Assembly (NCBI GenBank): GCA_039798785.1
Contig: JBDKFG010000009.1
Location: 1-64,000, forward strand
Direction: 5' to 3'
DNA from: Verrucomicrobiota bacterium
GTDB lineage: Bacteria > Verrucomicrobiota > Lentisphaeria > Lentisphaerales > Lentisphaeraceae
Length of the DNA stretch: 64,000 nucleotides
Under the pieces are notes generated by a model. That model searched no databases. It was given only the letters and a program-made list of their open reading frames with translations, and had not been told where the DNA came from. This document shows positions 51,236-61,600 of this stretch, piece after piece. The position numbers and the translations under genes were made by a program. How positions within the stretch are numbered: the stretch's first letter is position 1; each line of letters starts with the position of its first letter.

Positions 51236-53347
51236 ATGAAACCCCGTTACATCAATCGCGAACTCTCCTGGCTCGAATTCAATGCACGCGTCATGGGTGA
51301 GGCTGCCCGATCCGACATGCCGCTGCTTGAGCGTTTTCGCTTCCTTTGCATCGTCAGCTCCAATCTCGACGAGTTTTTCATGGTACGCATCGCCTCCTTG
51401 CTGCGCTGCCAACGAGACAAATTGCCCCTAGGTTGCCCCTCGGGCGCCGCGCCCGACGAGGTCCTGCGCAAGGCGCTGGCGCGGGTCCGCAAGATGCTCA
51501 AGCAGCAGCACGAGATTCTGCATGACAAAATCCTGCCGGGGCTGAACAAGGCGGGGATCGAGCTGGTCTTCATGGAGAAGCTGAGTACCGCCGACATCTC
51601 TTCGGTCGAGAGCTTCTTCGACCACGAGATTTTCCCGGTGCTGACGCCGATCAAGGCCGCCGACGGCATGATCGTCCACAACTTCAGCAACCTCGGCCAC
51701 TACGTCGCCTTCCTCCTGCGCGATCCCGTCGCGCCCGAAGAGACCCTGCTCGCCGTGGTCCAAGTGCCTCATGTGCTGAACCGCCTCGTTCCGCTGCCCG
51801 CCGGCGAGGGCGAACGACGCTTCACCTTCCTCGGCAATCTGATCAAGATCTTCGCCGGGCGTCTCTTCCCCGGCATGGAAGTCCTCGAACACACCAGCTT
51901 CCGCCTCAGCAAGGACGCCGACATGGCGGTCGATGAAGATGAGGACCGCGATTTCATCAGCGCCATGCAGGAAGTCATCTCCGACCGCGAGAGAGGCTAC
52001 CCGGTCCGTCTGGAGATCCTCGAAGGCACGCCGGTCCTGGCCGAACGCCTCCGACAGCACCTCGGGGTCGCCAAGGAGCTGGTCTTTCCGGTAGCCGGTC
52101 CGATCGATCTGAAGACGCTGATGCACCTTGCCAGCCTGCCGGGCCACGACAGGCTTCGCTTCCCGGCCTGGACGCCGCAGCCTGCTGCTGATCTCGGGGA
52201 CAGCCAGGATCTCTTCGCCGCCATTCGCCAGGGGGATGTCCTCCTCCATCATCCCTACGAGGCTTTCGAGCCGGTGGTCCGCCTGGTCGAGCAGGCTGCC
52301 GCCGATCCCGAGGTGCTGGCGATCAAGATGACTCTCTACCGCACCTCGGGCAACTCGCCGATCGTCGCCGCTCTGCTGCGGGCGGCGCAGGCGCGCAAGC
52401 AGGTTGTCGTCCTGGTCGAGCTCAAGGCGCGTTTCGACGAGGTCCAGAACATCCGCTGGGCCCGCGAACTCGAGGAGGCGGGCGCCACCGTCATCTGCGG
52501 CGTAGCCCAGCTCAAGGTCCACTGCAAGTTCCTGATGGTCATCCGCCGCGAAGCCGACCGGATCCGCCGCTATCTGCATCTCGGCACCGGCAACTACAAC
52601 GAGCGCACCGCGACCCTGTACACCGACCTCGGCTTGATGACTTGCCGTGAAGACCTCGCCGACGAAGCCTCCCTGTTCTTCAATTCGCTCACCGGCTATT
52701 CGCGGGTGCCGCAGCTGCAGCGCCTCGCCATGGCACCCTTCTCGCTTAAAAGCAAGGTTCTGGCCCTGATCGACCGGGAGCGGCAGCTCGCCGTCCGCGG
52801 CGCTCCCGCCGCCATCGATGCGAAGATGAACGCTCTGGCCGATCCGGAAGTCATCGCCGCGCTCTACAAGGCCTCCCAGGCAGGAGTCCAGATCCGGCTC
52901 AACGTCCGTGGCGTCTGCATGCTTCTCCCTGGGGTCAAGGGGCTGTCTGAGAACATCCGGGTGGTGTCGATCATCGGGCGTTTCCTGGAGCACTCGCGGA
53001 TCTATTGGTTCCGCAACGGCGGCGACCCTCAGGTCTTCCTCTCGTCGGCCGACTGGATGCCGCGCAACTTGGAACGCCGCATCGAGCTGATGTTCCCGGT
53101 GCTCGCCGACAACTTGCGTGAGCGTCTGCGTTCCCAGCTCGACCGCTTCTTTGCCGACAACTGCCATTCCCACGAGCTCGAGAATGACGGCTCCTGGCTG
53201 CGTCTGAAGCCGGCCGAACGGAGCGCCTGCCACTCGTGCCAGGACGAGTTCATGCGCCTGGCCCGCAGCGCCGCACTGGCGCGGGGGCCCGCCCTTGGCG
53301 ACGAATTGCCGGTGCGACGCATGCCCAAGAGAAAAGGCAAGGACTGA
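51236..53347 (+). CDS. ppk1: Polyphosphate kinase 1
   Basis: INRELSWLEFN.RV, NLDEFFMVR, LHHPYE.F, IKMTLYRT, ELKARFDE, KVHCK, GTGNYN, GRFLEHSR, SADWM.RN..RRIE. Confidence 0.97.
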   Translation: MKPRYINRELSWLEFNARVMGEAARSDMPLLERFRFLCIVSSNLDEFFMVRIASLLRCQRDKLPLGCPSGAAPDEVLRKALARVRKMLKQQHEILHDKILPGLNKAGIELVFMEKLSTADISSVESFFDHEIFPVLTPIKAADGMIVHNFSNLGHYVAFLLRDPVAPEETLLAVVQVPHVLNRLVPLPAGEGERRFTFLGNLIKIFAGRLFPGMEVLEHTSFRLSKDADMAVDEDEDRDFISAMQEVISDRERGYPVRLEILEGTPVLAERLRQHLGVAKELVFPVAGPIDLKTLMHLASLPGHDRLRFPAWTPQPAADLGDSQDLFAAIRQGDVLLHHPYEAFEPVVRLVEQAAADPEVLAIKMTLYRTSGNSPIVAALLRAAQARKQVVVLVELKARFDEVQNIRWARELEEAGATVICGVAQLKVHCKFLMVIRREADRIRRYLHLGTGNYNERTATLYTDLGLMTCREDLADEASLFFNSLTGYSRVPQLQRLAMAPFSLKSKVLALIDRERQLAVRGAPAAIDAKMNALADPEVIAALYKASQAGVQIRLNVRGVCMLLPGVKGLSENIRVVSIIGRFLEHSRIYWFRNGGDPQVFLSSADWMPRNLERRIELMFPVLADNLRERLRSQLDRFFADNCHSHELENDGSWLRLKPAERSACHSCQDEFMRLARSAALARGPALGDELPVRRMPKRKGKD

Positions 53348-53380
53348 GGACGGGCCGGCGGCACGAAGCCGGACTTCACA

Positions 53381-55558
53381 TCACAAAGGCAGCTTGAAGC
53401 GCGACTGCAGGCTTTGGCGGGCGCTGCGCAGCAGCTGCACGCCTATGGGTTTGTTGGGGAGGACGAAGCGGAGTGCCAGGACCTGGCCGGAGCTGAGCTC
53501 GCTCTGGGCCCGTTCATCCGGGCGAACCACCAGTTCGAAGACCCGTTCGGCGGCTTTTTTGCCTTCGGGATCGGTGTTCGAGGTGAGCATCTCCCCTCCG
53601 GCGGCGTAGCCGAGGGCTTGAGAGGGCAGCGTGGACTGCCCCACCGGAAGCTTCCGTTCGATCTTGCCGGAGTAGCGGCTGGCGGGACGTCCCTTGACCC
53701 GGATTTCAAGATCGGTAGAAGCCTGGTCGAGAAGGTTGGAATCCTTCTGGGAGGCGACAGCCCGGACCAGCAGATCCTGCGGGCTGAGGAGCTTGCCGAG
53801 TTCACGCCCGGTCGGGACGTAGGCGCCGATGGCTCGTTCGAGGTGCTCATGCTGCCAGACGCCATCGCTGCTGGCGACCAGGACCAGGTTGCCGGCCTTC
53901 TCCTCGAGGTCGCGTTGTTTCGAGCGGAGGGAGGCGAGCTTGCTGGCGCTGACCTGGGCTTCGACCGGGCTTTCGGTCTGGGCCAGCTTGAAGCGCGCCT
54001 CCTCGGCCCGGATGAGGGCGGCCTGTGCCTTCAGTTCAGAGCTGATCTCGCCGTTCTTGCAGCGAACCAGGACCTGGCCGGGACGGACCGCGGTGCCTGC
54101 GGGGAGGACTTCGGTGATGAAGCCGGGGCTGCGGCTGTAGACGATCTGGAGCTGCCGGGGTTCGACCACGCCTTCGAGGCGGACGCGGTCGGGTGCCGGG
54201 AGGAGGAAGAGGCAGGCGAGGATCAATACGGCGGCGCCAAGGCTCACCAGCCAGGCCCTTTCGCGGCAGGAGCTGAGCTCCTGGTGGTTGAGCAGGTAGA
54301 GGAAGAACTTGCCGATGGGCTGCAGGACGATCTGCCAGGCGCTCAGGATCGCGAAGACCGCGGCGAGCAGGAAGAAGTGCTCCGCCAGCATCAGGGCGAT
54401 GGAGACGACGATGAAGCAGCGGTAGGCGAAGGAGGCGATGGAGTAGAAGAAGAGCCAGTTCTTTTCGCGGCGGGTGACGGCGCTGTGGAAGCTGTCCTTG
54501 ACTCCGAGAAGGTGCTTCTTGCCGAGGTGCATGAGATAGTTGTTGGACTGCTGCGACAGATTCGGGATTTCGATCAGGTCGCTGAGGATGTAGTAAGCGT
54601 CGTAGCGGAGGAGGGGATTGCCGTTGAAGATCAGGGTGGAGACGCTGCAGACGAACATGACGTTGTAGGCGAGGCCGTGTTCGAGGCTGCCCGGCGAGGT
54701 CTGGACCCAGACCAGGGCGGCGACCGCCGCCAGCATCAGTTCGACCATCATCCCGGCGGAGCTGATGACGATGCGCTGCCACTTGCTGCGCAAAGTCCAG
54801 GCGCTGGAGCAGTCGACATAGGGGACCGGAGTGAGCAGCATCAGCATCACCCCCATGGTGTGGACGCCCCCTTTGCCGCCGCTTTTGAGGCCGAAGATCT
54901 TGCAGGCGAAGCCGTGGCCGAGCTCGTGCAAGACCTTGGTGACGACGAAGGCGAGATAGAGCCAGTGGATGTTGCCGAGGCTGAGGATCGACGAACTCTG
55001 GTCCGCAAGCCGGTCGCCGTGGCCGATCAGGCAGGAAAGGCCGGCTAGGGAGAGGAGGATCCAGATCATGAAGCCGAGGGGTGAGCACAGCCAGGCGAAG
55101 AGCGGCGCCAGACGGGTGAGGAATCGGTTGGGGTCCCACAAGGGGATCTGAATGAAGAGGAAGCTTCGGAGCTTGCCGAGGAGTTCGCGCTGCTGCCGGG
55201 TCTTGTAGCGATCGAGCAGACCGGCGGTGTCGGCGGGCATGTCGCCGAGAAGGAGGTTGCTGGTGTGCAGCTGGCCGAGGAGCTGCAGCGCCTCGCCCTG
55301 GGTCGGCGCGGCGTCTCCGAGTTTCGTGGCACAGAGCTTCCAAGCCTCGTCGACGCTGCGTTTGCCGTCGAGAAGCCCGAGGAACTGCCAGGCGGCGCCG
55401 CTGACCCGGAAATGCTGGTTGTTCACCGGGTCTTGCAGGACGTGCCAGAGCTCGCCGCGATAATGCTGACGGAATACCGAGACTCCCGGATGCAGACGCG
55501 GCCGCAGCTGGGCGATGGAAAACCAGTTTTCGCTGAAGGTCGTGCGTCTGAGGCTCAT
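53381..55558 (-). CDS. Site-2 protease (M50) / HlyD-like membrane-fusion protein with PqqD-like N-terminus
   Basis: LQDPV...FR...LDGKRSV.E; HELGH; FNGNPLLRYDAYYILSD; lipoyl-like V.PGQVL, coiled coil and beta-barrel C-terminus; ATG 55558 lies downstream of a hairpin. Confidence 0.85.
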   Translation of the reverse strand: MSLRRTTFSENWFSIAQLRPRLHPGVSVFRQHYRGELWHVLQDPVNNQHFRVSGAAWQFLGLLDGKRSVDEAWKLCATKLGDAAPTQGEALQLLGQLHTSNLLLGDMPADTAGLLDRYKTRQQRELLGKLRSFLFIQIPLWDPNRFLTRLAPLFAWLCSPLGFMIWILLSLAGLSCLIGHGDRLADQSSSILSLGNIHWLYLAFVVTKVLHELGHGFACKIFGLKSGGKGGVHTMGVMLMLLTPVPYVDCSSAWTLRSKWQRIVISSAGMMVELMLAAVAALVWVQTSPGSLEHGLAYNVMFVCSVSTLIFNGNPLLRYDAYYILSDLIEIPNLSQQSNNYLMHLGKKHLLGVKDSFHSAVTRREKNWLFFYSIASFAYRCFIVVSIALMLAEHFFLLAAVFAILSAWQIVLQPIGKFFLYLLNHQELSSCRERAWLVSLGAAVLILACLFLLPAPDRVRLEGVVEPRQLQIVYSRSPGFITEVLPAGTAVRPGQVLVRCKNGEISSELKAQAALIRAEEARFKLAQTESPVEAQVSASKLASLRSKQRDLEEKAGNLVLVASSDGVWQHEHLERAIGAYVPTGRELGKLLSPQDLLVRAVASQKDSNLLDQASTDLEIRVKGRPASRYSGKIERKLPVGQSTLPSQALGYAAGGEMLTSNTDPEGKKAAERVFELVVRPDERAQSELSSGQVLALRFVLPNKPIGVQLLRSARQSLQSRFKLPL

Positions 55559-55635
55559 GCGGCGGCTTTCGGAGTTTGACGTTTCGAGGGCGGGTGGGCA
55601 GGGGCGGGTTGCCTGGACGAATTCAGCAGGATACA

Positions 55636-55667
55636 CCGCGCCCCGCTCTTTGCAGGGCGGGGCGCGG
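55636..55667 (-). terminator. GC-rich stem-loop between the giant gene and the M50-HlyD gene
   Basis: ccgcgccccgctct-ttgc-agggcggggcgcgg; weak U-tract. Confidence 0.55.
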
Positions 55668-55682
55668 CGCTTTCATCTGGCT

Positions 55683-58600
55683 TCAGAGTTTGAAGAAGAA
55701 GCTGAGGACGCTTTCAAGGGATCGTTTCCAGCCCGACTTTTCGGCTTTTGGTTCTTCCGGCTTGCCATCCTCCGGCTCCTCGGCCGGCGCGGCTTCCCTG
55801 GCGGGAGGCTGTTCCTGCTGCTGGCTTTCGGGGCTCAGTTCGAAGGATTTCCGAAGCTCTTCGCGGAGGCGTTGGTCGATCTCTTCGTCGCTGGGGAGGG
55901 CGGGAAGGACCTGGAAGCTGCCGGTGAGGAGGCTGGTTTCCTGGCCGGAGACGCCGTTGGCGAAGCTTTGGAAGCGGAGGGGGGCGGCGGCCTTGTAGCT
56001 GGGCAGGACGGGAGCGGCGGCGGGCTTGACCGGGGCGAGGTAGTTGTCGACGAAGACTTCTTCGGCATCGAAGCCGGCGAAGACGCGGTATTCCTGGCTG
56101 CCGTAGCTGCTCCACTTCTCCTCCTCATGGCCCAGTTGCAAGTCCTGGGCGATGCCGCCGAGGACCGGGCTGGCCGCTGCTGCGACCAGGCCGGGTGCAG
56201 TGGCGGTCTTGGCGACCGGCCCGGCCTGCATCAGAGCGGCGGTTTCGTTGCCGACCTGAGTGACCGAAGCCGTGATCGCCGCCATGTTGCTGACGTTGGC
56301 GGTCAGGGTGGCCATGGTGACATTGGCGATGCTGCCGCCGTTGACCGTGGTCGACTGCGAGCCGAGGGCGGTGGCGAGGTTGACCAGCCAGGTCTGCCAC
56401 TGGGTGGGAGCCTCGGCGCCAAGCTTGACGCCGTCGGTGCCGGTGCCGCCGTCAAGGGTGACGGCGCCGCTGCCGCTGTTGGCCCGCAGATAGAGGTTGT
56501 CGTTGTCGCCGCCGCCGTAGATCTTGGTGACCGCGGTGGCGGTGTCGACGAAGATGCGGTCCTTGTCGCTGGCTGTGACCGGGGGGTTGTTGGCGTCGCG
56601 GTTGTCACCGTAGATGGTGGTCGTCGAGCCAGCCGCTTCGACGCGGATCTGGTCGTCGCCTTCCTCGCCGGAGATGGTCAGCGAACCGGTGCCGAGAGCG
56701 ACGGTGGTGACGTCGATGACGTCGTTGCCTGCGTCGCCGGAGAGGTTGACGGTGGCTCCGGCTGCGACGGTCTTGACGAAGATGTAGTCGGTGGCTTCGC
56801 TGACGGTGGCGATGATGCCGGTGACGGCTGCGTCGAGGGCTGCGAGGTTCTGGACCGAGCTGTCCCCTTGGATGTCGACCCTGCCGCGGAGAAGAGTCGC
56901 GAGGAAGGCGTCGCTGCCCCCGTTGCCGTAGATGTTGCTGTTGTTGGCGAAGGTGTCGGTGATGAACAGGCGGTCGTTGTTGGCGCCAAGGTAAAGGTTG
57001 AAGTTCTCGGTGTCGGTACTGTAGTTTATGCCGACGTTGTTGTCGTTGTCGGCGAGGCCGTCGCCAGTTCGGTCGTTGCGGCCGAGGCCGCTGATCGAGG
57101 TGGCGCTGAGAGTGCCGGTGTTGACCTTGGTGTCGGTAGAGTCGTCGATGTGGAGGCTGTCGGTGCCGAGGCCGCTGACGACGCTGACGTTGGCGAAGAT
57201 GTTGTTGAGGCCGCTGGCATCGGTGAGGCCGTCGACGGCGGGCAGGCCGGCGATGTCCGCCTTGCTGATGCCGTTGATACCGGAGGCGCCGCCGCTGTAG
57301 GATCCGACGCCGAGGGTGATGGCGTCGTTGCCGGCGCCGCCGTCGATGTTGAGGAGGCGCTGGGCGGTCTGCGTGGCGGTTCCCTGCTTCAGGTCGGCGA
57401 TCGATTCGTCACGGTTGAGGGTGGCGGATTCGAAGACGCCGACGACTTTCAGGATGTCGGCACCGCCGCCAAGGACGACGCCCATCTTGTCGAAGTCGAA
57501 GTAGCGGAGGCTGCCGTCACCAGCGTCTTGGCTGCCGTCCAGATCGTCGCGGGCGATGCCGAAGCCGTCGATCTGAGTGTTCGAGATCCGGCCGTTGCTG
57601 GTGAGGGTGCCGGAGTTGTTGAGGTTGACGGTGTCGTAGCCGAGCTGCTTCCAAGTGTTGTTGGCGCCGCCGGTGCCGCTGAGGACGAGGTCATCGTGCT
57701 GGTCGATCGACTGGTTCTTGTAGCCGGCGTTGCCGTCGATGCGGAGGTAGCCGTTCAAGTATTGCAGCGAGTTGAGGACGGCGGCGACTTCGTTGCCGAT
57801 CAGGGCGGTGGAGGAGCCGAGGTTGACGGTGTCGTCGCCTTCATCTAGAAGGACGAAGGTGTCCGTGTTGAGCTGGGTGCTGACGATGTCGACCTGGTCG
57901 TCGAAGTTGCCGCTGAAGAGGTTGAGGAAGTCGATGTCGGAGTAGGTGATGCGCGGTTTGTTGCCGGCGTCGGTGTCGCTGGCGGCGGCGTTGTGGACGA
58001 GGGTGATGCGGTTCGATTCGACGACGAGCTTGCGGCCGCTGGTGGCGGCATCGTCATTGAGTTCGAGGTAGTTGCCGTTGACGGTGGAGACCAGGTCGGA
58101 GCCCTTGACGTCGACGTTGGCACGGATGCCGGCGAGATCGCCCGAGCTTTGGACGAGGGCGGCCATGGAGACGAAGGAGATGCCGCTGCCGCCTTTGATC
58201 AGTTCCGGGTTGAAGCTGCGGGCGCTTTCCACGGCGGCGAGCCAGGAGATCCACTGGCTCGGCGCTTCGGCGCCGAGCTTGACGAAGTCGCGGCCGGCGA
58301 AGGGCGTGACTCCGGTGTCGATGCTGACGCTGCCGGCACCGCTGTTAGCCTTGAGGTAGACTTCGTCGGAGCCGCCGGCGGCATTGACGAGGGTGGCGGC
58401 GCTGGCGCTGCCGATCGAGATGCGGTCGTTGTCAGTGGCGGTGGTGTCGGCGTTGATGCTGTCACGGCCATCGCCGTAGATGCTCAGGGGCGAGGCGGCG
58501 CTGAGGACGCGGATCTGGTCGTCGCCCTCTTCGCCGGAGATGCTCACCGAGCCGGAGCCGTAGGCGATGGTGCCGACGCTGATCAGGTCGTCGCCGCGGT

Positions 58601-61600
58601 CGCCGCCGATGGTGACGACCGCGTCTGCCGAGATGTCATCGATGAAGATCGAGTCATCTTCTTCGAGGACGTTGGTGGTGACGTAGTTGAGCATGCTGTT
58701 GACGGCGGCGAGGTTCTGGGTCGAGCTGTCGCCGTGGATGTCGACGGTGCCGCTGAGTCTGGTGACCAGGATGGCGTCGGCGCCGCCGTTGCCGAAGATC
58801 GCTGTCGAGTTGGCGAAGGTGTCGGTGACGAAGAGGCGGTCTCCTTGGGTGCCGAGGTAGATGTTGAGACTTTCAAGGTTGAGGCCGTAGTTGATGTTGA
58901 CGGCGTTGTCGTTTTCCGCGGCATTGTCGTTGTTGCGGTCGTTGCGGCCGAGGCCGGTGATCGCGGTGGCGCTGAGGGTGCCGGTGTTGACCTTGGAGTC
59001 GGCTGAGTCGTCGACATGCAGGCTGTCATTCCCGAATCCGGCGTCGAGGGTGACATCGGCGAAGATGCGGTCGAGGCTGCTGGAGTCGTTGATGGCGTCG
59101 ATGGCGGGGAGCTGGGTGATGTCGGGCTTGCTGATGCCGTTGGTGCCTGAGGCGCCTTCGCTGTAGGTGCCGACGCCGAGGGTGATGACGTCATCGCCGC
59201 TGTTGGTGTTGACGATCAGCTGGCGTTTGATCGACTGCTGGGCGCTACCCTGCTTGATGTCGGCTTTCGATTCGTCATCGCGGTCGATGGCGGATTCGAA
59301 GACGCCGTAGACATGGAGGATGTCGCGGGCGTTGCTGAGGTTGACCGTCATCTTGTCGAAGTCGAAGTAGCGCAGGCCGCCCTTGTCGGTGGCTTCGGTG
59401 ACCGAGCTGTCGCTGACCAGATCAGTGTCTTGACGTTCGATGCCGAAGCCGTCGATCTGGCTGTTGGAGATCCGGCCTTCGCTCAAGAAGTTGAGGTTGC
59501 CTTGGGCGTTGAGCGTGATGCTGTCGTAGCCGCCGAGGGTCCAGCTGTTCTTGGGGTGGCTGGCTCCGGCGAGCTCAGAGGCGATGGAGACCATCGGGGT
59601 GAGGGTGTCCAGCTCGAAGTCTTCCGGGCGGGTGATGAAGGTGCGGTTGTAGCCGGCGTTGGCCTGCAGGTTGAGATAGCCGCGGATGTGATTGAGAGTT
59701 CCGTCCTGGTAATTCTCGTCGTTGATCAGAGTGCTGGAGGCGCCGAGGATGATGCTGTCGTCGCCGGAGCCGCCGAGGATGAAGGTGTCGGTCTGGTCGT
59801 GGGTCGAAGTGACGTCGATGCGGTCATCGCCCTGCGACAGGAAGAGGTTGAGGAAGTCGATGTTGAGGTAGTTGATCCGCCCGAGGTTGGAGGAGTGGAC
59901 GATGGTGACGCGGTCGTCGTCGAGCACGAGATCGCGCTGAGCCTGGACGCCGCTGTCGTTGATTTCCAAGTAATTGCGATTGTTTTGATCGCCGCCGTCG
60001 ATGTTGACTGTGCCGCGGAGGTCGGAGAGATCGCCGACGTTCTCGGAGTGGGCATCTTCGGTCGCTGCGGCGAGAGCGGCATCGCCCTCGGCGTTGCGCC
60101 AGGCGCTGGTGCTGCCGTTCCAGGCTCCGTCGAGGCCGGTGCCGGAGGCGGCTACCCAAGTGGCTCCTCCATCGTTGTAAGCGGAGAGGTCGGTGCCGCG
60201 GCCGAGATAGCCGTTCGCGCTGCCGTCGTTGACATGGCCGTTCTCGAGGTTGACGAGGCGGTCCTGCCACTGGTTGGGAGCTTCGGCGCCGATCTTGATG
60301 AAGTCGAGCTCGACGATGTTGGTGACGTCATCGATCGACTGCAGGTCGGCGCGTTCACTGGTGTCGGCTTCGTTGTCGAAGGAGTTGCGGCTCGAGCCGG
60401 CCTGCAGGTTGGCGGTGCCGTAGACGTCATTGCCGCGCAGGTAGATGCGGTCGTTGTCGCTGCCGGTGTCGACCGACAGGGTGCCGCCGTTGAAGTCGAC
60501 GAAGACGATGTCCTTGTCGGAGGCGCTGGAGACGCGGTTGTTGAGATCGCGTCCGTCGCCGTCGACATTGACTGTGGCCTGGGACATGATGTTCTCGATC
60601 CGGACGCCGTCGTCCCCTTCTTCGCCGCTGATGGCAAGCCGGGCGCGGAGACCGACGGTGTGGACGTCGAAGATGTCATCGCCGCGATCGCCGGAAAGCG
60701 TAACGACGGCGCTGCCTGCGACAGTGCTGATGAAGAAGTGGTCGTCGCCTTCGACGACAGTGGCGTTCATCGCGAAGATGGCGCCGTCGAGCTGCGACAG
60801 GTTCTGGAGAGAGCTGTCACCTTCGATGGTGACCGTGCCATTCAGGGTGTTGGCGAGGAAGGCGTCGCCGCCGCCGTTGCCGATGATGGTGGTGTTGTTG
60901 GCGAAGGTGCTTTCGATGAAGAGGCGGTCGCTGTTCTGGCCAAGGTAGAGGCTGAGGTTTTCGATGTCGGTGTCGTAGAGGATGGCGACGTCGTTTTCGG
61001 TGTCGCCGTCACCGGCGCCGTCGCGGTTAGAGCGGCCGAGACCGGCGACGTAGCTGGCGGTCATGTACCCGGTGTTGAGGGCGATGTCGGTGGAGTCATC
61101 GATGTACAGGGAGTCATCGCCCATGCCGGCATTGACGATGACATCGGCGTGGACGCGGCTGAGGTTGCTGGCGTCATTGATGTCATCGGCGATGGGCAGG
61201 CTGTCGATGTCGGTCTTGCTGATGCCGTTGTTGTCATCGGCGGCGCCGCGGAAGTAGGAGCCGACGCCGAGGGAGACGGAGTCGTTACCTTCGCCGGTGT
61301 TGAGGATGAGCTGGCGATGCTTGCTGGAGACGGCGGTGCCCTGCTTGGCGTCGGCGACCGATTCGTCAGCAGTGGCGATGCCGGAGTCGAAGACGCCGAC
61401 GATGCTGAGCTTGTCGTTGAAACCGCCGAGGTTGACGTTCATCCGGTCGAAGTCGTAGTAGCGGAGGCTGCCTGAGTCGGCGGGTTGGCTGCGGTCGGTG
61501 TCATCACGATCGATGCCGAAGCCGTCGATCTGGGTGTTGGAAATGCGGCCGTCGGTCTCGACGCTGGTGTTGACCAGGTTGAGGGTGTCGTAGCCGGCGC

